Shown here: positions 1-12,500 of the stretch, piece after piece
How the letters are laid out: every line of letters begins with the position of its first letter
How positions within the stretch are numbered: position 1 is the first letter of the stretch
Assembly: GCA_010909165.1 (NCBI GenBank)
Contig: MU008156.1
Coordinates: 310,001-374,000, forward strand
Reading direction: 5' to 3'
From: Anthoceros angustus
Lineage: Eukaryota; Plantae; Anthocerotophyta
DNA: 64,000 nt
Position numbers and translations under genes: made by a program
The notes under the pieces: generated by a model
The model's input: the letters and a program-made list of their open reading frames with translations, nothing else
Told to the model about the DNA's origin: nothing
Databases searched by the model: none

Positions 1-1400
1 AGGGTGTCGCCTTCCTCTCGCCGCTCCGTCCGAGCGACCATCGCGAGTTCCGTAATACCACTATCCACATCCCCAACCCTTCCGGGCTCCTCCTCGCCTC
101 GGAATCCTCCCATATCTGACCATGGCGCATCTTGACTTGCATTCGGCAGGCTTTCTGTCATGCGGGGGTGGGTCGCCGTAAGGTTGAGCGATCCTCACAT
201 TTTCGGTGTCAGGCGGAGGCTGCCACTCGTGACTGATTGCTTGCGGTCACACGTCTTTCAAAATCACCATTCCAGCGAGATGCGGAGGGGCATCCAGCAA
301 GATGCGAACCCTCGGCAATTGTAACCGGCACTCATTTGCGGGGTTCCTTGCCATCGATTGCGAATGCCCATGCACATGGGGTTTTCGCAAACTCGAGGTA
401 CAAAGTTTTGGTACCAGATCGGTGTTGCCTCTTGAATTTGGTATGTATCTTCCAAGCATCTCCTCATCCTCTCCTCCTCGTAGATGGTTGCACTTTTGTT
501 TGTGGGCAGATTCGACCTCGAGTGCCCTGTCCACAAGTTGAGCGAGAAGATTCGCGCGCTCCGGTAGCAACCCTTCTTCTATCATGGTCCTTGATGGCAT
601 TAAGATGGAGTTTCTCGGTTTGACCATCATTTCCTCCATCTTGTTCCCTTGTTGCTCCACTTTTTGGCTTGTTTCCACCTCTCTTCTCACACTGCTCGCG
701 TCCTTTCGTGCAGCTCCTTCCCTTTGCACGTCGTCTTGTTTCCCAGTCATTTTTCCCTTCTTCCTTCTATCCCTTGATTGCGCTCACCTTCGTGAATTCT
801 CCTCCGAATCCTCTGGTCTCCTCTTGTGGAGCTACCCGAGTCGGTTGAAAACTATCCTCCTCCAGGGCTGTCGGAGGCGAATAGTACTTCTTCTTCTTTT
901 TGTATTTCTTTTTGTCCTTATGCGCCCTTGTTGAGTTCTTCTTCTCTTCCGCGTTGGACTCCTCATAGTTCGAGCGGCTTTAATCGCCGATCCAAATCTT
1001 TCTCGGCACAGAGCCGTGCCTTCCCATTCTCCGCGCCCAATCCTCTTGCAAACCCGAATGGCCATTAGCTGCGGACCGGCCCGATCCGTAGGTGTGGAAC
1101 CTTTCCACATAAGCTGCGTGTCTCCTTCTTCCCTCTCCTCCCTCGAGTTTGGACAAGACATATCCTTCCACATCGACCCCTCTGAATCTTTCACAAAAGC
1201 TCTCTTCAAGGCCCCAAAAGGCGGGGTGTGGCGGAAGCTATGTACTCCGCTTGTACCACTTGGCCGCTCGCGTAAGACTCCATAAAATGGGCACGATCGC
1301 ATCCTCCACGGTTGTGGCGTCTCAAAAGCAGCTCGACAAACTCGTCGGGATCCTCATGGCCCTTCTTTTCTCCGTCAGTAAGATTGTAGTAATGTGAGCA
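1..1400 (-). pseudogene. gag: gag (Retrotrans_gag-like), frameshifted, family B
   Basis: Peptides GHEDPDEFVELL, FGALKRAFVKD and VEGYVLSKL..AAYVERF parallel LKDAFLERFRIDRKNI.SKLENLKRG..GSYIERF in the gag of element C. Confidence 0.65.
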
Positions 1401-1788
1401 GATCAGCCATAACTTCTAGTACTTTCAGCAGCTGCGGTAGTTGGCGGCCACTAAATGCGGGACCTCTACATTCACAGTTATTTGGACTGCGGTCTAGGCA
1501 ATGGGCGAGATCAAAAGACAAGGTGGGATCGGTACGGCCCCTTGTACCGCTAGTCGAGAGTTGGGAATCCGATAAGATCCGATCCCAACTAGTTCGACTC
1601 CTGCCCCTCTTCCTCGTCCGCAAGTGTGATCTCCGTGCGCTCTCGTAACTCTGCAATCTTGCTTGGCGTTGCCGTCTTGCGAGCGTTTCCCCATCGGATC
1701 GATCGCTTGTCTCCACGAGGCATCCATCAATCTAGTAATGCTAGACTCTCGTAAGCTATGGTTAGTCCTTCCTCGTCCTTGGATTCCA

Positions 1789-1808
1789 TTCCCGCAGCGG
1801 CGCCAAAA
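1789..1808 (-). promoter_or_regulatory. Primer-binding site, tRNA-Asp type
   Basis: TTTTGGCGCCGCTGCGGGAA directly after a CA LTR end; near match to the complement of the plant tRNA-Asp 3' end (TGGCGCCGTTGCCGGGGA), as in Athila elements. Confidence 0.8.
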
Positions 1809-4800
1809 TGTGGAGTGTGGATTCGTGTCCGGGGACACCGTGAGGTCCACATTCACCCTCAATGTCGTTGTAGGCTTAGGATTCGCTCCCAAGGGAATGG
1901 TTTGTGCCAGGCGCTAACTTCTATCTTGACCTTCACCTAAGTCAAGACTTACTGTACTCCTCTTACCTATCTACTCAACCACTACTACTCCCGACTTGTC
2001 CACTACCAGCTCTTATTCCACGACCGCAAATCTCATTCCACGGGCGGCGGCTCTCACGGGTAGTTGCTTCGACCACCGAGGTGGGTCCCACCAAACCCTA
2101 GCGACTTATTTCCGCGGATCCACACGGCGTCACGTGCCGCGGATCGGCTTTGCACTCCACATTCACACACAGGATTCCTAGGGACCTAAATTCCACAAAT
2201 CCCTCACGCTCCACACACACACAAAGGCGCCACACTCACACAATTTTACAAAGGCTGTTCCCCTTGCGCCTTCTTCCACTGACACGGTTTGGTTTCTTTT
2301 GGATTCACACAATCTCCCCTTGCTAGTCTCTCAATTAGTTCCTTCTCAACCCCTCTCACACCTCGCAGCGTCTGATTGTTTAGTCACTCCTTCACCCAAT
2401 CTTCTCCTCTCTCTCTCTCTCCCTCAATTCGCGCAGCTTCCAACCATCCACTCAACACTTCTCTCTTTGAACACAACTAGCGGGGACAAGTGTGAAGGAA
2501 AGAAGAACCCCGGGCGTCACGGCGTTAGCAAGCTCCGGACCCCGCGCCAATCCCTTGGTTTCCTCCTCCTTTGTCGGCAAGATTGCTTTATCACCCCTCC
2601 TCCCGGCAGCAAGCTCTCGACCACCCTAGGGCGTCTCGCGCACACCACCTCATCAATCGGACGTCTCCAACCAGCCACAGGCGTGGGGATCTCAACCGGG
2701 GGTCTCGGCGTGAGGGACCTAGTCGCCCCTCTTATACATTTGGGGCACCGGATTTTAGGTCCTAAGATGGCTATCACGAAGGCGCCACAATTCGGGCGAT
2801 CCTAGGTCCGACATCCTAACCAAATTATCTTTAGGTTGCTACCACCTCACTCGCTGTCTGCGCGCCCTACCTCGACTTGGCTGCGGCCCTCGTCCTCCAT
2901 TCGCCGCCACGAGCTCTCACCTTGCGCGGTCGGACGGGTTCTCCCCACACTACTTCCACCTCACATCGCTGAGGGCGTCGAATTTGAGGTGTACCCAGGG
3001 CTTCGCATCTTCGGGCCCTATTCTTTGAGGATTATTACGGCTCCTCGTCCACCCAAGCTGGACCTCCTCCTCGCTCAACTCCTCCAAAGTCGCCTCCGCA
3101 TAATGAGCCAACCCCACACCCGGGCGCGGTGGTAGAAGTATGCACTTGGTCCTCACTTGCGATGGGTAGGCCACAGATCCCTCCTATTTCCACACGCACA
3201 TGGGCGGTGAGGTTAAGCCGCGTTCTCCATTCACATATAGACCGGGCACATAAGTTTCCTCATCCATGTGCCGTATATAATAGGACCCCTGCTGCGGTGA
3301 GGTGCTTACCCCTCCTCCCGTAGGCTACACACAGTTGCACAGCCTATGTCCTCGCGGGCCCGTCGCATCACATCGCCCGCCTGCACCTTGGGTTGGTTGC
3401 GCCAATGTCGGTGGCGGTTTCGACTACGCGGTAGTGGACTCCACGGACCGTCGTTAGTTCGACAACCGTAGGTGAGGTTTCGGCTACCTCGGTTGCTTCC
3501 TTCCTTTAGGCCCTTCCGCTACTCGATCGTGGTCACCGCTTCCCCTTCCCTTTGTCTTTTCGGCCCGCCACGTGCCTCATCCGCTCCGCTTATATCGCTC
3601 GCTCTTATGGGCCTTTTCCCGAGGCCTTCACGCTCTGGGCTGCAACAACTCCCCTGCATCTCTGGTTCGTCGTGGGCATCCTTAATTTGAGCCATGAGTG
3701 CTTCCTGCGCTCGTCATGGCTTGCAACTTCTCACAGGCCTGCACACAAATCTTCTTGAATCTTGGCCCTTATTTCCTCTAGGTTCCGCTTGTCTTCCTCC
3801 GGTTGCTTGCGCTTGGCCTCCTCTTCACACAGCCTTCACCACTTCCTCCGTCGCCCCTGCCCAGGCGGTGAGCTAAAGCCGCTTGATCCAACAAATGCTT
3901 GGGCGGATCATCGGCGTGGTCGGCTCCACCGCAAGTCCACTTGTTGGCGGCCCGCCGCCATCCCTCGTCGAGAACTTTCCTCCCGGTGTCGCACCCTCAC
4001 CAATTGGTTGCATCCACCTCTGTTGCGGTGGAGTCCCCTTGAAAATCTCTTCCCATCTTTGAGGAGGGTCCGCCTGAGGTCGACCCTAAACCCTCGGAGT
4101 TGATTCATCGCATCCAGTCGGCAAAATTGTCCTCGGATCGCGCCTCCTCTTCGCCACCTCCAAGCTGTTTGGCTTTCATTTTTGCTTGGCGCGTTTTCGA
4201 CACAGTGTGGCGCATCCGCCTTCACCTTTTTGATGCCCGCCTTCACCCCGGTCTTCCTCCTTTTCTTTGGTGGGAATTTCCTTCTCCTCCTCCAGGCGCA
4301 CGCCCGACTCCCGGCTATCCGATTTTTCCTCCTTGGGCTCCTCCGCCTTCCATTTCACCTCCCTAAGGCTTCCACATGTGGAGGCTACAATCTCCACCTC
4401 TGGCGGGCAGTTAGCGTAAACATAAAGATGGACGAAATGGTGAGATTAGAGAGGCGGGGGCGGGAAATCAAGTTCAACCTCTCTTCACACAACTTGTGAG
4501 AGAATTCGAATCGATCTTCGCCCCTTGACCACTTCATGAAGCGGCAAGTGGTCGGACAAATAATCACGCTTCTTGTCTTTGCGAAACATAGGAGCCACTG
4601 GCGGACCCATCAAGCTGCATTGCCAAATCCCTCGTCAACCGGCCGTTGGGTTCGCGGTCGCCCGCTTTAACGGCTGCTGCTGCTTGCCGTGCTTCTTTTC
4701 TGGGCGGCTCCATCACCAACCCGCGCCTCCTCCTTGCCGCCCATACACCCTTCTAACGGCTCCGGGTCCCAATCCTGCGGCTTCGCTCTAAATCCCCGCT

Positions 4801-5408
4801 GGTTGTCGCCTGTGGCGCACTGCACCAGTCCAGTTCATGTAATTCCACCGCTCTTCCATGAAACCCGGCTTGACTCCTTCAGCTCCCAGCTCGAACTTTC
4901 CAATGATCCATGTTCGGCCATTGGGCAAGCACAATTCGGTGGTGACCTTGGCGCCATCCTCTCACGGTCTTCACGGTCTCGCGCCACAAACCGCGCCACC
5001 TCTGCGAATTTCACGAGGTCGGTCTCGAGTTCCTACCTCCTCCTCGGAGGCGCGGCCTGTCGCGCCTTCCTCCTCTCTGCGTCGCGCCTCGCGATATCGG
5101 CCAGGGGTTGGGCTCCTTCCCGCCGTCGTTGCGCCTCGCGCCTCCTGTGATCACGGTGCCCCGGACCACGGCTCCTCGACCCGTCGCGCCCGGCGTCGTC
5201 GCGCTCCGCGCTCGCTCCCGTCCGGCCGCCGTTGCGCTCCGTTGTTTGAGCGGGATTACATCATTCCTAGGGTTAAGTTTCCCGGGTTCCCCTACTCTGT
5301 TGACCTCTCGATACATCCCAATCCACAACCCACACTCATTCACTCTGGCGTCGGTCGACCCCAACTTATAGACTATCACTCTAATTATTCCAAACCCCCT
5401 ATCTCACA
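1809..5408 (-). repeat. Putative 3.6-kb 5' LTR of family B
   Basis: The 3' end is fixed by CA plus PBS; TATAAG lies at 2731-2736 (minus). The start is proposed at TGTGAGATAGGGGGTTTGGAATAATTAG (5408) only by resemblance to the family A start; there is no second copy to confirm it. Confidence 0.5.
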
Positions 5409-5641
5409 TATATAGACTTTTTAGGGAACATTCAGTCCATGGGCCAAGGAACACCAAATTCCGGACCATTTATTTTCTAACCTAGGCAATAAAACAAAAG
5501 AACTCCATAGGCCAAGGACATTTTACTATGAATATCCCCAACTACCGTCAATCGACTTATTTTCCACCACTCTCGGCCAAAAACAAAAATTCACTTGAGG
5601 CACATTTTATGAGGGTTTAGAGACTAGATCGTTTACATTGA

Positions 5642-8600
5642 CCCTCTTATACTCGCCTGGGTAATCTTTATTACCCTATTACAGTGACATTTCGGTATGC
5701 CTAATCGACCCTACCATCCTATTTCCCTCCTCCTATCTCCTTAGCGGTGTGGGAAGGTCCCGGGTTCCGCCTTGGGATTGGTGGTCAATCTCATACGACA
5801 ATTCGGCGCGCAATCGGATGATCCGGACCCCTCCTTTCTCCGGAATCACATCGGGTTGGGCTCGTGCGGCGGCGGCCGTTACCACAACGTCATCCTCCCA
5901 CAGCCTTCCCGTGGGTCCCCTCCGGTGGGGCCCGCCCACTCCCCTAGTAAGTCGAGGGACTCCTCCTTCTTGAGTCCGGACCTCGAGGTCGGTCTCGACT
6001 CGAACTGAACTCCAAGGTCGGTTTATTTCCCGTCCGGCCTGGGTCGGCCTCGTCTCGGGGTTCGGACCTCGGTCTACTTATTCAGTCCGATCTCCAAACT
6101 CGGACCCCTTCCGTGGACCTCGTCTTGCTAGGTCCTCCTCCTTACCCAGACCCTTGTCTTGGTGGGTTGGCTCCCCGGTTGCACCCCTGCGGGCCCCTCA
6201 CCCCCCTGGCGGATCGGGTGGTGGTGAACTTACCTTGGGGTCCATTGCGTCCGCTCCTCTTGGGGCTCCCTCCTTGTTGCCGTCGTCTCCAAGCAGGGGC
6301 CCCTAGGGTCCTGTCATCCCGTGCCCTTCTTCCCCTCAAGGCCTTCCGGGGCCGTCTGTGGCGTGGAGCCTCTCAGGGAGCTCGGTGTGGTAATAGGCAA
6401 AGTCCGAATCCACTTGTTGGATTGCCTCTTCCACGTGTGCGGGCACCGATACTCCCGCCATAGATGCTCGGGAGGCTGAGCACATTGCCCGCTTGTTGCT
6501 CCACCTCCCGAGTTTGGATAGGCTGGGCCGGGCTGCTTCTCATGAGGCTGCCGCCTCGGTCACCTCCGATCGTATTGTTGCTCCACTTGCTCCAACTCTC
6601 TCCCGTTTGGTTCATTTGCCGCCCGCCATAGCGTTCCCTTACTTCCTCTGGACCGGCTTCTTATGCCTTCCGGCGCCCTCGCCTCCTCATTGTCATTAAC
6701 TCGCCATCTCCCGCTCCAGACGGTGCAACACGGCCCGGTGCGGGCTTCACCGAGCCCTTTTCCATCTCGGCGTCACGCTCCTGTTCCATCGCCTTGGCTC
6801 GTCCATAGCAGGCGGGCCGCTCTATTTCGGTCGCGTTCGCGACCATGTCCTAACTACCATTCCTCTCAATGATAGTTTGGGCTGCGGCTCAAAGTCTCCT
6901 TGATCCTCCATCTCCACCTGCTGCTCCACCTCCGGGCTGAGTGGAGATCCTCCATCTCCTTGTGCGAGCTTCTTGGGCTGGTTGGTCGCTTGCTCGCCAC
7001 CTCTGCTCCATCTTGATGGGCGCTCTATCTCTGCTCAAGTCTGGATTCTCCCATTGAGAATTCCTTGCGCTCAGCGTCTTGGGTTGTAACTCCAAGGTGT
7101 CCTTCTTGTCCTCCAACTCCTGCCGCCTCCCTTCTACCTCTTGCAGTGCGCCACAGGTCCCGATTTCCGGTCTTGGCCTCGATGTTCTGCTTGCGGCGTG
7201 CTTGCTCCTTGACCACTGCTCGGCCTTGATTGGCCGTGGCTCTCGGCCGCCTCCCTCCACGGTTCGATCACGCCGATAGTGATCGCGATCGGCCGCCGTG
7301 GCCTCCGCCTCCTTGGCCACCTTCACGAGCCTCTCGGCTTGGCTCTGGTCGATCAGTGCCTCGCGGATCCGCGCCCGTTACGCTTGCGCCGGGCGTCCTC
7401 CCTTCTGCTGCGCTCGCCCCTCACTGCGAGGTCCTCCCCGCGCTTGGCCTCCTTGGCATGTTCCTCCGGTGAAGGAATTTGGTCGGTCCTTGCGGATGGA
7501 CGGACCTCCCTCTCGCCTCCGGCGTTTCCCTCCTCAATCCGGAGAGCTTGGCCTTCCTTCTCGCCTCACAGGCTCCCTCCAGCTGCTCACGGAGGTACCA
7601 TGCGCCTCGGGTGGCTTCTACCTCACAGGTCTTCTCGGCCATCCCGAGACCCCAGGCATACGTCCATGGCGGTAGCAGGACTCCCGCCGTGTTTCTTCCG
7701 GCTGAGTGAGGCTCCCACAAAGTCCGTGGCGGGGCGGCATCTCACAGTCAGGACCTCCATTGTCGGGAAGTCGGGTGGGTTCTCGGACCTAATCGGGACC
7801 CTTAGGTCACGAGTCTTGACTCAGCTTCCCTCCTTGGCCCTTTTGGCGCGCTCCTTCTCGCCCTTTTCCTCCACAGGGCTCGGAGGAGGTGAGTCAGGAG
7901 CAAGCCTTTTGCCCCTTCATCGGCGGCAGGGGCTCTGATGTGGTGCAGTGTCCTCCTGCTCACAGGCGTCCCTTTACGCCCTCCTTCACTTCCTCGCTTC
8001 TTGCCACTCAGGCGGGGAAGAATCTTGGCACCGGCGGGTGCAGCGTTGGTGGTAAGTGGTCTTGCGTCTCTTGGCTCCCTCACAGTCGTGGGCTCCTCGG
8101 GGAGTGATGGCGTGTGGCTGCTGGGGTCAGGCTTCTGCTGGTTGGTTGGGGCACGAGGAGGAGGCGGGTCTTCCCATACTTCCACAGGTGGTGAGGGGTC
8201 CGTTCAGACGTATGGAGTCAGGAATCCTCGATCGTCCTCCTCCGAGTCCGTTTGGCTTTCGACGGCCGGCCTCCTCCTCGGCGCCCTTGCCGCTCCACTT
8301 GCGGGGCCTCCGGTCCTTTCCGGGCTCGCTCAAGCTCTCCTTCCTTGAGGAGCTCGAAATGCCCCATACATGGATCGGTATGGGCGGCCCAGATGGCGAG
8401 GCTTCTCGGTCTGAGCTTGCGAGCCTCACAGCTAAGCGGCGAAGATAATCCTTCCCAGTCCGCCCTCTTCCCCGGCGCGTGCGGGGAATATAGATTATCA
8501 CCAAGGTGATCCACCTTGGTAGTAGGTTCGATGGACAATGATCCGGGCCACCGCCCTTACTCGGTCCAGCGGTCGGATATCGACCGTTGGTGGTCCGTTG

Positions 8601-9529
8601 CGTCGAGCCTTCGGCACCTGGCTGGCCCTATCTTCCCTTCGCCTTGAGGGGCTCGGCACCACTCCCCTCTTCCTCCTTTGGGCGGTTGTAGGCCGCCTCG
8701 GGACCTCAAGGTCCATCGCCTTGGGTCCTCCGGAGGTTCTTGGACCGCACCTCCTTATTGACGCCGCATCTTCGGGCGAACTCCGGACGGTGACCTTGTC
8801 AAATGTCGGACCATGGAACACATCCAAATGCCACTCCTGCACCAATTCTCCCTTCACAGGCGGGGCCCAAAGTCCGGATAGCGCGGGTCACAATGTTGCG
8901 CTCCACAAGGTTCCATGGCTCCCAAACTTCCGGGCTTTTGGGTGCCATCGCCTTCTCCTCCCTTGGTTCTTAGTGGCTTGTGAGGCTGCGGCGTTGCGCC
9001 TTCTTGGCGTTTTGCTCAGGCCTCAGCGGTGAGTGTCCCGAGATACGCGAGGCGGTTGCGGGCGAGATCGCGGTGTCGAGGTGCGCGGACCTTCTTCGCG
9101 CGCCCGGGAGTAACGGCGGGGCGCCTCTTCCATATGGCGCAGTGCATGGCTTAGCCGACCTTCGCCTCCGCTTTTACGGCGCCGCGCCCGTACCTGGCTT
9201 ACGCGCGGTCAGGCGTGAATACCTGCTATGACCTCGGCAAGGTTACGGTCTGGCCATGCATGCCGTCCTCCACTCGAGTTGCGTGGCGTCGCGTCGCTCA
9301 GCTCAACTCTAAGTTACTTTCCTGGCGTACTTATCTGCACGGTCTTGGGTGGGTCCGGACTTATCCGTGTGGCCATACCATAGTAGGTCAATGCGTTCCT
9401 CACTCGGTCGGAGTATACTCAGTGCCGTCCGGAGTGCTATACCATGCTTATTTCCCCTTTTTCGCCTCATTTTATCCTTCCTCCTACAAAACAAAACCCT
9501 ACCTAATTTCTAACCCCAGTCGTAGTCCA
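5642..9529 (-). repeat. 3' LTR of element A, lacking about 550 bp of R-U5
   Basis: Colinear with 15420-17869 plus 31794-33355 and with the LTRs of element C; similarity stops just past the TATA at 5646-5651. Confidence 0.8.
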
Positions 9530-9530
9530 T

Positions 9531-9543
9531 ACTCCCCTTCTCA
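9531..9543 (-). promoter_or_regulatory. Polypurine tract of element A
   Basis: GAGAAGGGGAGT immediately before the 3' LTR start; the homologous site in element C is GAGAAGGAGTA. Confidence 0.7.
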
Positions 9544-9563
9544 CTGTTGGCGTCTCGCCAACA

Positions 9564-12500
9564 CTAAGCGTGTACTTTTCACCCGCACCCGTTCACCCAG
9601 TGGGCGGTTCACCATCCAAGCTGCGTGAGCGGACCCATTAATACCCATGCGACTTGGTAAGGTCCCATCCATCGTAGGTGGAGTTTACAGGAAGTGCATA
9701 TATCGGTATCGTAAGGAGGCGGATCTCCCTCCTTCACATACTCCACGATTCTAAAGGCGCTATCATGCCATAGTTGCGTTGATTACATGTACCGATTGCA
9801 TTATTTATTGCGCCTCTTCCGTCCTCCGTATCTTGCACAAACCCTAGCAACCGCTCCGGTTGGCTCTCTTCATCCGTTAAGCGCCTTTCCATCATGACCG
9901 GAGTGTTGGCACCTCAAACTCGGGGCATAACGGGTGAGTGCCCATAGGTCGAATGTCTGAGTTCGTTGCGTGGTTACCTTCTGCCGTTACGAGCGCCCAT
10001 AGCGCGATGGCGACTTTGTATCGATCGTGCGCATAGTTAACCGTCGGCTTATTGAGGATGCGGCGAGATAAGTCCATTGGTCTTCTCCGTCGGTCGTTGG
10101 CCTTGGTTGTAGGGGCGTTTCACGATGTGTGATGCGAAATAGTCCGTCATTGCGGTTATCACATCATTGAAATGGGTTCCCCGATCGCTTACCGGTACAG
10201 CGGACACCGTACCTTGTGATGATGTTTTCGTGAGGAATTTGGCCACCGTGCTCGCGGTCCGTTCTAGTAGCGCTTCCACCCACAGTGCGGTGATCGTTGC
10301 CAAAATGTACCGCTTTTGTGTGTGCCTCGTGGTTGGTATATGGGTCCAGCGAGTCGATGCCCACTTCTCAAAAGGCGCTAGTGCTAGTATGGGCACTACG
10401 GCCATTGAGTTGTGGCGTCGGCTTCCGATCGTGACAAGCATCACACTTCTTCACAATTGGTGTGTTTCCCCATACATGGTGGGCCCGACCCGACCTCAAG
10501 ATTTTCTTGGTGGTGACTGCTTATGTCCACCACCTAGTCCCTTGCATCCCTTTATTACCACTCTCACTTTGTTGGAGGTACCTTCGTTCCACGTCCTACC
10601 TTAAAGATGCACCGTTATACACTGGGAAGGCGGCGTAGTGCACAAAGGCACTGCGGCTGGACCCGGTTCGATTCGTTGGGTAGCTCCATCTCCCATAGGT
10701 ACCGTTCAACTCCATGCGAGGCGCCCCGCGTCGCTCCCTTCTCGCTTAGTGGGTCCATCCCCGGCTTAGGGTTTGTCCATTTTTCTGCTTCCTCCTCTAT
10801 CGCTGCCACCAATTCCTCATCCGAAGGCGTCCTCTTGATCCTGCGGGCGGGCTCGTCTTTAATCTGGACAAGAAGTCGGCGTTTTGGTGTTGCTTCCTTG
10901 CCTAGTCTCCACCTCAAATGTGAACTCCACAGAATCCACCTGAATTCGTCCGGACAAGTCGCCTTGTTCACCAAGTGCTTGGTAGTGATCAACATAGAAA
11001 CAAACTCATTGGGCGGTAATGAATTTCTTAGTATACCATTCCCAATGCCTCTCGCTAGTAGTGTACCTCCCGTTCGCGTCGTGTTGTCTTCCAGCGTAGT
11101 AGATTGGGTGATCCCTCCGTTTATCATCTTTTTGAGCACTACTCCGATGGCGGTGACACATCCACGTACACATGGAATCGCTTCCCCGGTCCGGTCCTTT
11201 GGTCTTGGGGCGACAGTGGTGCGGAGGTCTCTGAATGCCGCCTCCCTTCGGCGTCCGGTCCATTCCTCCTCCTTCTGAGTAGCTCTGTTGGCACAGGCCC
11301 TCTTTGCAAAATCTTGGATGAAGCCTATAGTAACCCACCATGCCCGGGAATCCCGTAACTCCTTCAAGTTCGTTGGTGGTGCGAGGGGTGGATGACTTTC
11401 ACCTTGTCTTGGTCCACCTCTATCCCTCTTAGGCTCGGTGAACAAGATTCCCTCTGTCATGCAGTAGCATTTCTCGGATGCGAGCCTGTTGAGTCTCCTA
11501 CATCGTTCCAAACACTTCAAATGTCACGTGTTTGTCCTCCTCTCGTGCACAGTGTCAGAACACCTCCATGAAGTCCCTCGAGAATTCCGGGAAGGCGTTG
11601 GTCACCATCGCATAAATGATCCGGGTGCTCTGTCATCCGAAGGCACTCCGTTTGTAGGCAAGCGTCCCCACTCCGTGGTGAATGTTGTCTTATCGGTCAC
11701 TCCCTTAGGTGTGGCCGGTTGTGGGAATGGCCGTCAAGAAGGAGTAGGTACTCGCACCCACCTTGTCGATATATCGTCCACAAAGGGCATGGGAAATGGT
11801 CCTTTTTAGTGGCGGCGTTAAGCTTTCTCGATCTGAGACCGAATCGCCCTGCTTCTTGGCCACGACACAATGGCGCCACCCACTCCATTCACGATTGGGA
11901 AGATGATGTCGCTTCCGGATACTTATCCGGGACTTCCTTGACCTTGGCGAGTGCTTGGGATTGATTTATCTTGCCTAATCGAGCAGGCACCGCTCACGGC
12001 AGATCTATCCGGTGTTATTGTTTGAATGCCCTTCATGTGACCTTGAAAGCGAACACCTCATTGAATTCCCCAACAATGTGAGGTCTTGTTTAACTCGATG
12101 GCACCCTTGCGAATTTTAGGAATTTCCTGGGAACCTCCACGTCTTCCACATCGTCGGGTTAGTCTCTCTCTTTCCCTCGCTTCACTCGCCCAAAGCCATC
12201 ATCCTCTCCGCGGTTCATCTTCACGCATTCCCCCATTCGAAGAGTTCGTCCAGTGAAGTGAGTTACTTCTCGAGGTCCTCCTCATGGTTCCCCTTTGTTG
12301 TCCTCATGACTTCCACTTGACTGTGATCACCTCGCTCCAAAAATGTCCCTCGTAAGTCCATCTCCTCTTCGGACCACGTGATTTTGGAAAGGGTAGTCCT
12401 CATTCGTATCCTCGCGCTCATCGTCCCCTTGTCTTGAGGTGTACCCTACGTGGTCTTTGGTTTCACCACGTGTCCTTACTCGGTAATCGCTACCGTCCTT

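Larger units (their letters stand above)
1..5408 (-). mobile_element. Partial Athila-like Ty3/gypsy LTR retrotransposon, family B (5' LTR, PBS, gag); continues off the left edge
   Basis: The minus strand reads ...CCACACTCCACA (LTR end, 1809) then TTTTGGCGCCGCTGCGGGAA (tRNA-Asp-type PBS), followed by gag-like peptides. The LTR sequence is unrelated to family A apart from TATA and start-proximal motifs. Confidence 0.7.

Noticed and set aside
1789-1808. tRNA-like sequence as a tRNA gene
   Set aside because: Only about 18 nt match a tRNA 3' end and it abuts an LTR terminus, so it is a primer-binding site.
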